The notes beneath the pieces are model-generated. The model made no database searches. It saw only the letters and a list, made by a program, of their open reading frames with translations, and was not told the origin of the DNA. 64,000 bases of DNA from positions 1-64,000 of the forward strand of contig VRMN01000020.1 of NCBI GenBank assembly GCA_008690995.1, in the 5' to 3' direction. Positions 1 to 10,815 of the stretch are shown piece by piece. Made by a program: the position numbers and the translations under genes. This DNA is from Porphyridium purpureum. Its lineage: Eukaryota. Numbering within the stretch: position 1 is the first letter of the stretch; each line of letters starts with the position of its first letter.

Positions 1-531
1 TCATCCCGGTAGTTGCACGCGACGACGACGATGGGCGAACGACCATCCCCGCAACGACGGGCCACAGCTTCACCACACGCAACGCGAGCTTCGTGCGGCG
101 TGCCCAAATGTCGTAATTCTCGCCATTGAACTTTTCCACGCCGTTCGCAAGCGCGGACAGCTTCGACGCATCAAACGTAAACGCCATCGCGTCTGGGCTC
201 ATAACCTATTAAAAGGTCTGATGTATCGGGGAGTCTTTGTGACTTGTCACTAACGCAGTTGCGTGTCCCCTTCGTCGCCCTTGCAACTAACCTTACCTTC
301 GTCATCCGGGGACTCCGAGCCTCGGCCATCGCTAAGCTCTTCATATAGGCAATCGTAGTGCTTTCACTAGTGAGATTGCCAACTGTACCTCCAGGGCAAA
401 AACCCTTATTTACTATAAGTTGGAGAAATACAGAAAGTTGGAGAAATACAGAAAGTTGGAGCTGAAACATTCCCCATGGTATTACTACTTTACCTGGGGA
501 GGGAATCTACCGAAACCCTGGATTCATAACA
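1..531 (-). mobile_element. Ty1/copia family 1, copy D: 5' LTR (207-531), PBS (193-206) and start of gag, continuing off the left edge
   Basis: The 325-bp LTR matches those at 2863, 10491 and 12351. On the minus strand it is followed by GGTTATGAGCCCAG and gag codons matching the N-terminus of ORF 7811..10486. Confidence 0.95.
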
Positions 532-668
532 GTCACGGCGTCAGACTCTTCTTCCAAGATTATTCTGTGGTATCATATATTTCGGTGGCTTTTGCAGCAG
601 CACCGTATAGAAAGGCGTATCTCAATAAAAATTGAGTAGAAAGAACTTTCTCTCTAATTATGGTAGTC

Positions 669-830
669 TATTGAGAACTTCAGAAGAGAGTATAATAACT
701 CTTGAGCGCTCACATATATGTTCAACACACCCTAGGTTTGCACGTGTGCGTGCAAATTCATTGGTTTCGTGATTTAACTGAAGGCATAGACGTTCACTTC
801 AGAACTCCCACAAGTTAGGGATTCTATTTG
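669..830 (+). mobile_element. Decayed fragment of a family-2 copia LTR
   Basis: gtataataactcttgagcgctcacat...accctaggtttgcac...gtgcaaattcattggtttc...gttagggattct aligns by eye with the LTR at 26105 (gtataattactattatgtgctcacat...accctacatttgtacac...gtgcaattccattcgtttt...gttagggtttct). Confidence 0.6.
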
Positions 831-3226
831 CGCATAATCCAAATCTTGGTGCGCTCGTAGTGTACATCGCAGATGCCAGTGACCTTGAATATAAGGCCGG
901 AAATATTAAAAGGTCTGATGTATCGGGGAGTCTTTGTGACTTGTCACTAACGCAGTTGCGTGTCCCCTTCGTCGCCCTTGCAACTAACCTTACCTTTTGT
1001 CATCCGGGGACTCCGAGCCTCGGCCATCGCTAAGCTCTTTATATAGGCAATCGTAGTGCTTTCACTAGTGAGATTGCCAACTGTACGTCCAGGGCAAAAA
1101 CCCTAATTTACTATAAGTTGGAGAAATACAGAAAGTTGGAGCTGAAACATTCCCCATGGTATTACTACTTTACCTGGAGAGGGAATCTACCGAAACCCTG
1201 GATTCATAACACTCCCACGCAGCGACAACTTTTCGTCATGCCTTCCACCTCTATCTCGAATTTTCAAGACAAGCAACACCCAATAAGGTTTTGCATTTCA
1301 AAAACATTTCTCGAGGAACCACTTTGGTTAGGAAATCTGCTGCCTGATCTGATGTGCGAATGTAAATAGCCTTGACTATTCCCCGTTGCTGACATTCGCG
1401 AGCATAGTGCTTTCTCACGTCAATGTGCTTCGACCTTTCGTGCACAATCGGGTTCTCACTCAGTTTCAGTGCAGCATCATTGTCACAAAACATTGGAGTC
1501 GATTTCGACTTAGATCCTAGGAATTCGCAGGATATTAGAACCACTGGGCTTCTTTACATGCATCAGAGAGCCATGTACTCTGTCCGGTTGTGGACGTACC
1601 GGTTGGTTGTAGCCCTGGATTTCAGAACAATGATCCAGTGATCGTGAAGCATATCCGGTGGTTGACCTTCGCGTTCGAAGATCCGCTAGCATGAATCTGG
1701 ATCAAACTTGTAACCAATTAGGTCCAGGTCCCGTTGCCATTTTAGGCTAAATTGGAGACCATAATTTATGAACCATGCTGGATATCGCAGCACTCCCTTT
1801 GCCGCATTCCAATGGGATTCATTGGCATTTACCATTGATCGTGCAAGCACTCCCACGGCGAAGGAAATATCCGGACGCGTGCAAGTGCACAAATACATTA
1901 GTGCTCCCACGAGTTCCATGTAAGGCATCTTGCATGGTTCTGCAGTAGCAGTATACCACTTCGTATCCTTTTCCATGGGAAGCTTCCTTGGATTCGCCGA
2001 TTCCATTCCGAACCTTTCCAGGATGGTTTGGACATACAAGCTTTGATTAAGTCTGATAATGCCATTTCACCAGTCGTAATCAAAATTAGAAGCCAGCTTC
2101 ATGATTTTATGACCGCTTGCCAAGATCCTGGCTTTCGCACCTTGCAAATGCAGAAGCACTTCATTTGAAGTAACTTCGTCTTCACCTATGAAGACCAAGT
2201 CATCGACGTAAATCATGATATACGGACCATTTGGACCCTTAGAAAACAGACAAGGATCTGCCGTACTTTCGGAAAAATTGATTTCTTTAAGTGCTTGCAC
2301 AAGAACTTGATTCCAAGCTCGAGATGCCTGCTTCAATCCATAGATTGCTTTACGCAGTTTCAGGACTTTTCCTCCTTCATGTACGAATCCAGGAGGCTGT
2401 TCCATGAAAATTTCTTCATGAAGTTCTCCATTGAGAAACGCAGTCACCACATCGAAAAGTCGAATTTTCAACTTTCTTGCAGCTGCTACTGCCAGGACCG
2501 TTCGAATAGTGTTGTGTCGCACAACAGGGCTGAACACTTCGTCGTAGTCCAAACCAGGTTTCTGAGTGAAACCTTTTGCGACAAGTCGACACTTGAACCG
2601 ATCAATTTGTCCGTTGACATTATATTTGATCTTAAAAACCCATTTGCATCTGACAGGAATTCGGTCCTGTGGACGATCGACGAGCTCCCACGTGCAGTTG
2701 CCAGTGAGAGATTCCAATTCTCTATTCAGAGCTTCCAGCCATTGCTCAGAGAAGTCACCCTTTAGTGCTTCTTCGACTGACCGAGGTTCAGAAACGGTGG
2801 AAATTATTCCAACGAATTGATTTGCGACATATCCACTGTCTTGACTTTCGTCATCCTCAGTATATTAAAAGGTCTGATGTATCGGGGAGTCTTTGTGACT
2901 TGTCACTAACGCAGTTGCGTGTCCCCTTCGTCGCCCTTGCAACTAACCTTACCTTCGTCATCCGGGGACTCCGAGCCTCGGCCATCGCTAAGCTCTTCAT
3001 ATAGGCAATCGTAGTGCTTTCACTAGTGAGATTGCCAACTGTACCTCCAGGGCAAAAACCCTTATTTACTATAAGTTGGAGAAATACAGAAAGTTGGAGA
3101 AATACAGAAAGTTGGAGCTGAAACATTCCCCATGGTATTACTACTTTACCTGGGGAGGGAATCTACCGAAACCCTGGATTCATAACACTCCCACGCAGCG
3201 ACAACTTTTCGTCATGCCTTCCACCT

Positions 3227-6200
3227 CTATCTCGAATTTTCAAGACAAGCAACACCCAATAAGGTTTTGCATTTCAAAAACATTTCTCGAGGAACCACTT
3301 TGGTTAGGAAATCTGCTGCCTGATCTGATGTGCGAATGTAAATAGCCTTGACTATTCCCCGTTGCTGACATTCGCGAGCATAGTGCTTTCTCACGTCAAT
3401 GTGCTTCGACCTTTCGTGCACAATCGGGTTCTCACTCAGTTTCAGTGCAGCATCATTGTCACAAAACATTGGAATCGATTTCGACTTGAATCCTAGGAAT
3501 TCCATGAGATATTGAAACCACTGGGCTTCTTTACATGCATCCGAGAGAGCCATGTACTCTGCTTCGGTTGTGGACAGCGCCACAGTTGGTTGTAGCCTGG
3601 ATTTCCAGGAGACAACTGATCCATTGATCGTGAAAGCATATCCGGTGGTTGACCTTCGCGTTCGAAGATCACTAGCATAGTCTGAATCAACGTAACCAAT
3701 TAGGTCGGAGTTGCCATTTGAGCTAAATTGGAGACCATAATTTATGGTTCCTTTAAGATATCGCAGCACTCCCTTTGCCGCATTCCAATGGGATTCATTG
3801 GCATTTACCATTGATCGTGCAAGCACTCCCACGGCGAAGGAAATATCCGGACGCGTGCAAGTGCACAAATACATTAGTGCTCCCACGAGTTCCATGTAAG
3901 GCATCTTGCATGGTTCTGCAGTAGCAGTATACCACTTCGTATCCTTTTCCATGGGAAGCTTCCTTGGATTCGCCGATTCCATTCCGAACCTTTCCAGGAT
4001 GGTTTGGACATACAAGCTTTGATTAAGTCTGATAATGCCATTCCTTTGATCATAATCAAGAGTGTAGCCGGCAAATTTTTGCTTGACCACTTGCCCAAGA
4101 TCCCTGACTTCAAACTTGCCTTGCAAATGCAGAAGCACTTCATTTGAAGTAACTTCGTCTTCACCTATGAAGACCAAGTCATCGACGTAAATCATGATAT
4201 ACGGACCATTTGGACCCTTAGAAAACAGACAAGGATCTGCCGTACTTTCGGAAAAATTGATTTCTTTAAGTGCTTGCACAAGAACTTGATTCCAAGCTCG
4301 AGATGCCTGCTTCAATCCATAGATTGCTTTACGCAGTTTCAGGACTTTTCCTCCTTCATGTACGAATCCAGGAGGCTGTTCCATGAAAATTTCTTCATGA
4401 AGTTCTCCATTGAGAAACGCAGTCACCACATCGAAAAGTCGAATTTTCAACTTTCTTGCAGCTGCTACTGCCAGGACCGTTCGAATAGTGTTGTGTCGCA
4501 CAACAGGGCTGAACACTTCGTCGTAGTCCAAACCAGGTTTCTGAGTGAAACCTTTTGCGACAAGTCGACACTTGAACCGATCAATTTGTCCGTTGACATT
4601 ATATTTGATCTTAAAAACCCATTTGCATCTGACAGGAATTCGGTCCTGTGGACGATCGACGAGCTCCCACGTGCAGTTGCCAGTGAGAGATTCCAATTCT
4701 CTATTCAGAGCTTCCAGCCATTGCTCAGAGAAGTCACCCTTTAGTGCTTCTTCGACTGACCGAGGTTCAGAAACGGTGGAAATTATTCCAACGAATTGAT
4801 TTGCGACATATCCACTGTCTTGACTTTCGTCATCCTCAGTATTCCCAAAGTTTCCATTTGGAGCTTTTTGGAACCCTAAATCTTTCGAATTATTCTGAAC
4901 TTTTTCCAGAAACGTTTCTCCGATTTCATTTGAAATAGAATATTCCTGACTGCGATCATCCATTTGTCGAGTGGAATCTGTTTCAAAATTTTTTGACGCG
5001 ATTTGAGACTTTTCATCAAACGACTTCGAGAAATCTTTTGGAAACAACTCTTCGACAATTTTATCGAAGTTGGAAAAATATTCCGAATCGTGGATTTCAT
5101 GTTCATGAACATCTATTCCAACGACAGACTCATCGAAAGTGACATTTCGACTTTCAACGACCGTGCCATCCGATAGAAGAATGCGATAAACGGAATGGAC
5201 ATTTCCATAACCGACCAAGCATCCAATTGCAGATCTTGTTTCTAGTTTTCCTCGCAATTGCTTAGGAATATGAACAAACGCTCTCGATCCGTAGATTCTG
5301 AGATTGCTGAGATCTGGCCTTTGCCTGAATGCAATTTCTATCGGCGTTTTCCCGCGATTATTTGAAATGCGATTTCGCAAATAATTCGCAGTCAACAAAG
5401 CATTACTCCAATTTTCCAAAGGTAGATTACTATCAAACAATAAGCTTCGAACCTTTTCGAGTAATGTCCGATTCATGCGTTCAGCCATACCATTAAGTTC
5501 TGGCGTGTAAGCAGAGGTATTTTCCCAAGTAATTCCAGAGTCTTCGAGATGCCTTTGCACATAAAGGCTTGCGAATTCGCCACCTTTGTCGGACCGAACT
5601 CTTTTTGCCTTTGCACCAAGAGTCGTTTCGAGATATTTAAGTGTGCGCAGTAACATTTCACCCGCTTCACTTTTTCGCTCGAGCAAGTGGACGACACTCA
5701 AACTTGAGCATTCGTCGACGACAACTAGAAAATATCGATGGTCGTCAAAACTCGAAGGAGTGAGTGGTCCGCATACATCAGTATGAAGGACTTCTCCCGG
5801 AACCGCCGAAATGGAATTCAATTTCCGCTTCTTAAAGGGAGTTCGTGTTCCCTTTGCCTTTTGGCAAATCACACAATGGTATTCATCCGGAACTTTTAAG
5901 TCCGCGGGAATTCCCTGTACACAATTTTGCGTATTTTTCAGACCAGCAAGTCCAGGATGACCAAGTCGACGGTGAAATAGCTCAAACTTATTTGAAGCTG
6001 TGATTGCATTTATTCTAGCGGCGGATAGTTTGATCATTAAATCACCATCCCCAACCGCTAGGACGGGCCCATCTGACCCAAAATGCAAAACAGATGAACT
6101 ATCATCGTGTTTGAAGACACAGCCCTTTCTCGCTGCGACCTTTGTCGAAAGGAGATTTATGGGTGTGCTTTCGATCAACAAAACATTTTCAAGACGCAAG

Positions 6201-7504
6201 TCATTAAACTTGTCTTGAATAATTGTTTTGAGCATGACATCACCCATCAATGAAACTTCAACATGTTCCCCGTTGGCAACAGTAACAAGTGATTCATCAG
6301 AAGGTCTTTCATTCATTAGAATAGACCTATCCCAAGTGATATGTCTGTCCGATCCAGAATCGAACATCCATTTGTGCGACTTGTGCTTGTGGGGCACAAC
6401 AGAGACACAGATGGCATAGATGGAAGTGGTGGCTTTATTGATTGGTGCAGGGGTCGCTGGGGGGCTAATCATGCGGATATCCAGAGAAGGGCCTTTTGGC
6501 ACCACGCCCCTTCCCGCAACGCTATTCGCGTAGGCCTCCCACGACATCCAACCTGGCTCAATGGCTGCCTTTGCCGCCGGAGCCGGTGGTTTCGTCACCT
6601 TGGTTTTTACCTGAACCACATTCACCCGCGCATTCGGCTTTCCGATGCCGCGTTTCACTGCCTCCGGGTCTGCTGCGCCACTCGCACCAGCAGCCTTGTC
6701 GCGCAAGTCATTCTTGCGCTTAAAGCAACGCTTCGTCTCGTGCCCAACCTTGTGGCAGTAGCCACACTTCAGGTTCTCCTTGACGAGTGCCGTCTTCACG
6801 ACACCCGCTGAGCGATCACGCTGCTGTTGCTGCGGACGCTGGGACACCGCCATTGCGATGGGCGGGGGCTCATCTGCCAACGTGCGCTCGAGCGCTTTTC
6901 CGGCCTCCAGCTGGAGCAGTTGCAGCCGAGCTGCGGAGACCGTGGGCGCCGAATGCAGCAGGTAGTCCTTCGACCCCTGAAACTCTTTGCGGAGCCCGAT
7001 CACCAGATAACGCACGACATGGTCCTCGGGAACTTGCTCACCGATCGAGACAAGCTTGTCCCACAGACCGATTCCGCGATCCAAGTACTCGGCCATTGCC
7101 TCGTTCTTGTTCTGGACAATGCGCTCCAGCGCCATGCGAAACGCGAACTTCTGCGCCGACAGTTGATCGTGCGCATAATTCGCCACCGCGGACCAACCGT
7201 CCGCCGACGACTTATCGCGGACGAGACGGTCGTACCTGTTCTCCAAGACCCCGGACAGAAAGAACTGTCCCGCCAGGTCCGCATCGTCCCACTCTTCTGC
7301 CGTCATCCCGGTAGTTGCACGCGACGACGACGATGGGCGAACGACCATCCCCGCAACGACGGGCCACAGCTTCACCACACGCAACGCGAGCTTCGTGCGG
7401 CGTGCCCAAATGTCGTAATTCTCGCCATTGAACTTTTCCACGCCGTTCGCAAGCGCGGACAGCTTCGACGCATCAAACGTAAACGCCATCGCGTCTAGGC
7501 TCAT
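3227..7504 (-). CDS. Copia Gag-Pol polyprotein (Gag, zinc knuckle, protease, integrase, RT, RNase H), 1425 aa
   Basis: CGYCHKVGHETKRC knuckle; WMFDSGS protease; HRRLGH...CVIC; HTDVCGP, RSDKGGEF, NGMAER integrase; KCRLVAKG, YGLKQ, YVDD RT; TRPDI, DSDYA, STTEAEY, ADFLTK RNase H. Confidence 0.97.
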   Translation of the reverse strand: MSLDAMAFTFDASKLSALANGVEKFNGENYDIWARRTKLALRVVKLWPVVAGMVVRPSSSSRATTGMTAEEWDDADLAGQFFLSGVLENRYDRLVRDKSSADGWSAVANYAHDQLSAQKFAFRMALERIVQNKNEAMAEYLDRGIGLWDKLVSIGEQVPEDHVVRYLVIGLRKEFQGSKDYLLHSAPTVSAARLQLLQLEAGKALERTLADEPPPIAMAVSQRPQQQQRDRSAGVVKTALVKENLKCGYCHKVGHETKRCFKRKNDLRDKAAGASGAADPEAVKRGIGKPNARVNVVQVKTKVTKPPAPAAKAAIEPGWMSWEAYANSVAGRGVVPKGPSLDIRMISPPATPAPINKATTSIYAICVSVVPHKHKSHKWMFDSGSDRHITWDRSILMNERPSDESLVTVANGEHVEVSLMGDVMLKTIIQDKFNDLRLENVLLIESTPINLLSTKVAARKGCVFKHDDSSSVLHFGSDGPVLAVGDGDLMIKLSAARINAITASNKFELFHRRLGHPGLAGLKNTQNCVQGIPADLKVPDEYHCVICQKAKGTRTPFKKRKLNSISAVPGEVLHTDVCGPLTPSSFDDHRYFLVVVDECSSLSVVHLLERKSEAGEMLLRTLKYLETTLGAKAKRVRSDKGGEFASLYVQRHLEDSGITWENTSAYTPELNGMAERMNRTLLEKVRSLLFDSNLPLENWSNALLTANYLRNRISNNRGKTPIEIAFRQRPDLSNLRIYGSRAFVHIPKQLRGKLETRSAIGCLVGYGNVHSVYRILLSDGTVVESRNVTFDESVVGIDVHEHEIHDSEYFSNFDKIVEELFPKDFSKSFDEKSQIASKNFETDSTRQMDDRSQEYSISNEIGETFLEKVQNNSKDLGFQKAPNGNFGNTEDDESQDSGYVANQFVGIISTVSEPRSVEEALKGDFSEQWLEALNRELESLTGNCTWELVDRPQDRIPVRCKWVFKIKYNVNGQIDRFKCRLVAKGFTQKPGLDYDEVFSPVVRHNTIRTVLAVAAARKLKIRLFDVVTAFLNGELHEEIFMEQPPGFVHEGGKVLKLRKAIYGLKQASRAWNQVLVQALKEINFSESTADPCLFSKGPNGPYIMIYVDDLVFIGEDEVTSNEVLLHLQGKFEVRDLGQVVKQKFAGYTLDYDQRNGIIRLNQSLYVQTILERFGMESANPRKLPMEKDTKWYTATAEPCKMPYMELVGALMYLCTCTRPDISFAVGVLARSMVNANESHWNAAKGVLRYLKGTINYGLQFSSNGNSDLIGYVDSDYASDLRTRRSTTGYAFTINGSVVSWKSRLQPTVALSTTEAEYMALSDACKEAQWFQYLMEFLGFKSKSIPMFCDNDAALKLSENPIVHERSKHIDVRKHYARECQQRGIVKAIYIRTSDQAADFLTKVVPREMFLKCKTLLGVACLENSR

Positions 7505-7508
7505 AACC
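7495..7508 (-). promoter_or_regulatory. Primer-binding site for a half initiator tRNA-Met, overlapping the first ATG of gag
   Basis: GGTTATGAGCCTAG directly after the 5' LTR is complementary to the anticodon arm of tRNA-iMet (CUGGGCUCAUAACC), as in Drosophila copia and Ty5. The same motif occurs at 193, 10477, 12337, 16431 and 26450. Confidence 0.85.
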
Positions 7509-7818
7509 TATTAAAAGGTCTGATGTATCGGGGAGTCTTTGTGACTTGTCACTAACGCAGTTGCGTGTCCCCTTCGTCGCCCTTGCAACTAACCTTACCT
7601 TCGTCATCCGGGGACTCCGAGCCTCGGCCATCGCTAAGCTCTTCATATAGGCAATCGTAGTGCTTTCACTAGTGAGATTGCCAACTGTACCTCCAGGGCA
7701 AAAACCCTTATTTAATACAGAAAGTTGGAGAAATACAGAAAGTTGGAGCTGAAACATTCCCCATGGTATTACTACTTTACCTGGGGAGGGAATCTACCGA
7801 AACCCTGGATTCATAACA

Positions 7819-10486
7819 CAGTATTCCCAAAGTTTCCATTTGGAGCTTTTTGGAACCCTAAATCTTTCGAATTATTCTGAACTTTTTCCAGAAACGTTTC
7901 TCCGATTTCATTTGAAATAGAATATTCCTGACTGCGATCATCCATTTGTCGAGTGGAATCTGTTTCAAAATTTTTTGACGCGATTTGAGACTTTTCATCA
8001 AACGACTTCGAGAAATCTTTTGGAAACAACTCTTCGACAATTTTATCGAAGTTGGAAAAATATTCCGAATCGTGGATTTCATGTTCATGAACATCTATTC
8101 CAACGACAGACTCATCGAAAGTGACATTTCGACTTTCAACGACCGTGCCATCCGATAGAAGAATGCGATAAACGGAATGGACATTTCCATAACCGACCAA
8201 GCATCCAATTGCAGATCTTGTTTCTAGTTTTCCTCGCAATTGCTTAGGAATATGAACAAACGCTCTCGATCCGTAGATTCTGAGATTGCTGAGATCTGGC
8301 CTTTGCCTGAATGCAATTTCTATCGGCGTTTTCCCGCGATTATTTGAAATGCGATTTCGCAAATAATTCGCAGTCAACAAAGCATTACTCCAATTTTCCA
8401 AAGGTAGATTACTATCAAACAATAAGCTTCGAACCTTTTCGAGTAATGTCCGATTCATGCGTTCAGCCATACCATTAAGTTCTGGCGTGTAAGCAGAGGT
8501 ATTTTCCCAAGTAATTCCAGAGTCTTGGAGATGCCTTTGCACATAAAGGCTTGCGAATTCGCCACCTTTGTCGGACCGAACTCTTTTTGCCTTTGCACCA
8601 AGAGTCGTTTCGAGATATTTAAGTGTGCGCAGTAACATTTCACCCGCTTCACTTTTTCGCTCGAGCAAGTGGACGACACTCAAACTTGAGCATTCGTCGA
8701 CGACAACTAGAAAATATCGATGGTCGTCAAAACTCGAAGGAGTGAGTGGTCCGCATACATCAGTATGAAGGACTTCTCCCGGAACCGCCGAAATGGAATT
8801 CAATTTCCGCTTCTTAAAGGGAGTTCGTGTTCCCTTTGCCTTTTGGCAAATCACACAATGGTATTCATCCGGAACTTTTAAGTCCGCGGGAATTCCCTGT
8901 ACACAATTTTGCGTATTTTTCAGACCAGCAAGTCCAGGATGACCAAGTCGACGGTGAAATAGCTCAAACTTATTTGAAGCTGTGATTGCATTTATTCTAG
9001 CGGCGGATAGTTTGATCATTAAATCACCATCCCCAACCGCTAGGACGGGCCCATCTGACCCAAAATGCAAAACAGATGAACTATCATCGTGTTTGAAGAC
9101 ACAGCCCTTTCTCGCTGCGACCTTTGTCGAAAGGAGATTTATGGGTGTGCTTTCGATCAACAAAACATTTTCAAGACGCAAGTCATTAAACTTGTCTTGA
9201 ATAATTGTTTTGAGCATGACATCACCCATCAATGAAACTTCAACATGTTCCCCGTTGGCAACAGTAACAAGTGATTCATCAGAAGGTCTTTCATTCATTA
9301 GAATAGACCTATCCCAAGTGATATGTCTGTCCGATCCAGAATCGAACATCCATTTGTGCGACTTGTGCTTGTGGGGCACAACAGAGACACAGATGGCATA
9401 GATGGAAGTGGTGGCTTTATTGATTGGTGCAGGGGTCGCTGGGGGGCTAATCATGCGGATATCCAGAGAAGGGCCTTTTGGCACCACGCCCCTTCCCGCA
9501 ACGCTATTCGCGTAGGCCTCCCACGACATCCAACCTGGCTCAATGGCTGCCTTTGCCGCCGGAGCCGGTGGTTTCGTCACCTTGGTTTTTACCTGAACCA
9601 CATTCACCCGCGCATTCGGCTTTCCGATGCCGCGTTTCACTGCCTCCGGGTCTGCTGCGCCACTCGCACCAGCAGCCTTGTCGCGCAAGTCATTCTTGCG
9701 CTTAAAGCAACGCTTCGTCTCGTGCCCAACCTTGTGGCAGTAGCCACACTTCAGGTTCTCCTTGACGAGTGCCGTCTTCACGACACCCGCTGAGCGATCA
9801 CGCTGCTGTTGCTGCGGACGCTGGGACACCGCCATTGCGATGGGCGGGGGCTCATCTGCCAACGTGCGCTCGAGCGCTTTTCCGGCCTCCAGCTGGAGCA
9901 GTTGCAGCCGAGCTGCGGAGACCGTGGGCGCCGAATGCAGCAGGTAGTCCTTCGACCCCTGAAACTCTTTGCGGAGCCCGATCACCAGATAACGCACGAC
10001 ATGGTCCTCGGGAACTTGCTCACCGATCGAGACAAGCTTGTCCCACAGACCGATTCCGCGATCCAAGTACTCGGCCATTGCCTCGTTCTTGTTCTGGACA
10101 ATGCGCTCCAGCGCCATGCGAAACGCGAACTTCTGCGCCGACAGTTGATCGTGCGCATAATTCGCCACCGCGGACCAACCGTCCGCCGACGACTTATCGC
10201 GGACGAGACGGTCGTACCTGTTCTCCAAGACCCCGGACAGAAAGAACTGTCCCGCCAGGTCCGCATCGTCCCACTCTTCTGCCGTCATCCCGGTAGTTGC
10301 ACGCGACGACGACGATGGGCGAACGACCATCCCCGCAACGACGGGCCACAGCTTCACCACACGCAACGCGAGCTTCGTGCGGCGTGCCCAAATGTCGTAA
10401 TTCTCGCCATTGAACTTTTCCACGCCGTTCGCAAGCGCGGACAGCTTCGACGCATCAAACGTAAACGCCATCGCGTCTGGGCTCAT
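7819..10486 (-). pseudogene. Gag-PR-integrase portion of copy A, cut by insertion of copy B
   Basis: The 891-aa ORF is almost identical to residues 1-889 of copy B and runs into the LTR of B. Confidence 0.93.
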
Positions 10487-10815
10487 AACCTATTAAAAGG
10501 TCTGATGTATCGGGGAGTCTTTGTGACTTGTCACTAACGCAGTTGCGTGTCCCCTTCGTCGCCCTTGCAACTAACCTTACCTTCGTCATCCGGGGACTCC
10601 GAGCCTCGGCCATCGCTAAGCTCTTCATATAGGCAATCGTAGTGCTTTCACTAGTGAGATTGCCAACTGTACCTCCAGGGCAAAAACCCTTATTTACTAT
10701 AAGTTGGAGAAATACAGAAAGTTGGAGAAATACAGAAAGTTGGAGCTGAAACATTCCCCATGGTATTACTACTTTACCTGGGGAGGGAATCTACCGAAAC
10801 CCTGGATTCATAACA

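Larger units (their letters stand above)
2863..7818 (-). mobile_element. Ty1/copia family 1, copy B: full-length 4956-bp element. 3' LTR 2863-3187, 5' LTR 7509-7818, TSD CAGTA
   Basis: CAGTA flanks both ends (2858-2862 and 7819-7823). PBS at 7495-7508, short purine-rich tract GCGTGGGAG before the 3' LTR, and one uninterrupted ORF. Confidence 0.97.
904..10815 (-). mobile_element. Ty1/copia family 1, copy A, interrupted by copy B. 3' LTR 904-1211; RT/RNase H 1212-2862; gag-PR-IN 7819-10490; 5' LTR 10491-10815
   Basis: Removing 2863-7818 and one CAGTA restores the contiguous pol sequence seen in copy B (catcctcagtattcccaaag). The RT/RNase H part has several frameshifting indels at about 1490-2150. 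Confidence 0.9.

Noticed and set aside
900..904. GAAAT as the TSD partner of 10816-10820
   Set aside because: It overlaps the first LTR base, and the DNA to its left is not copy C sequence.
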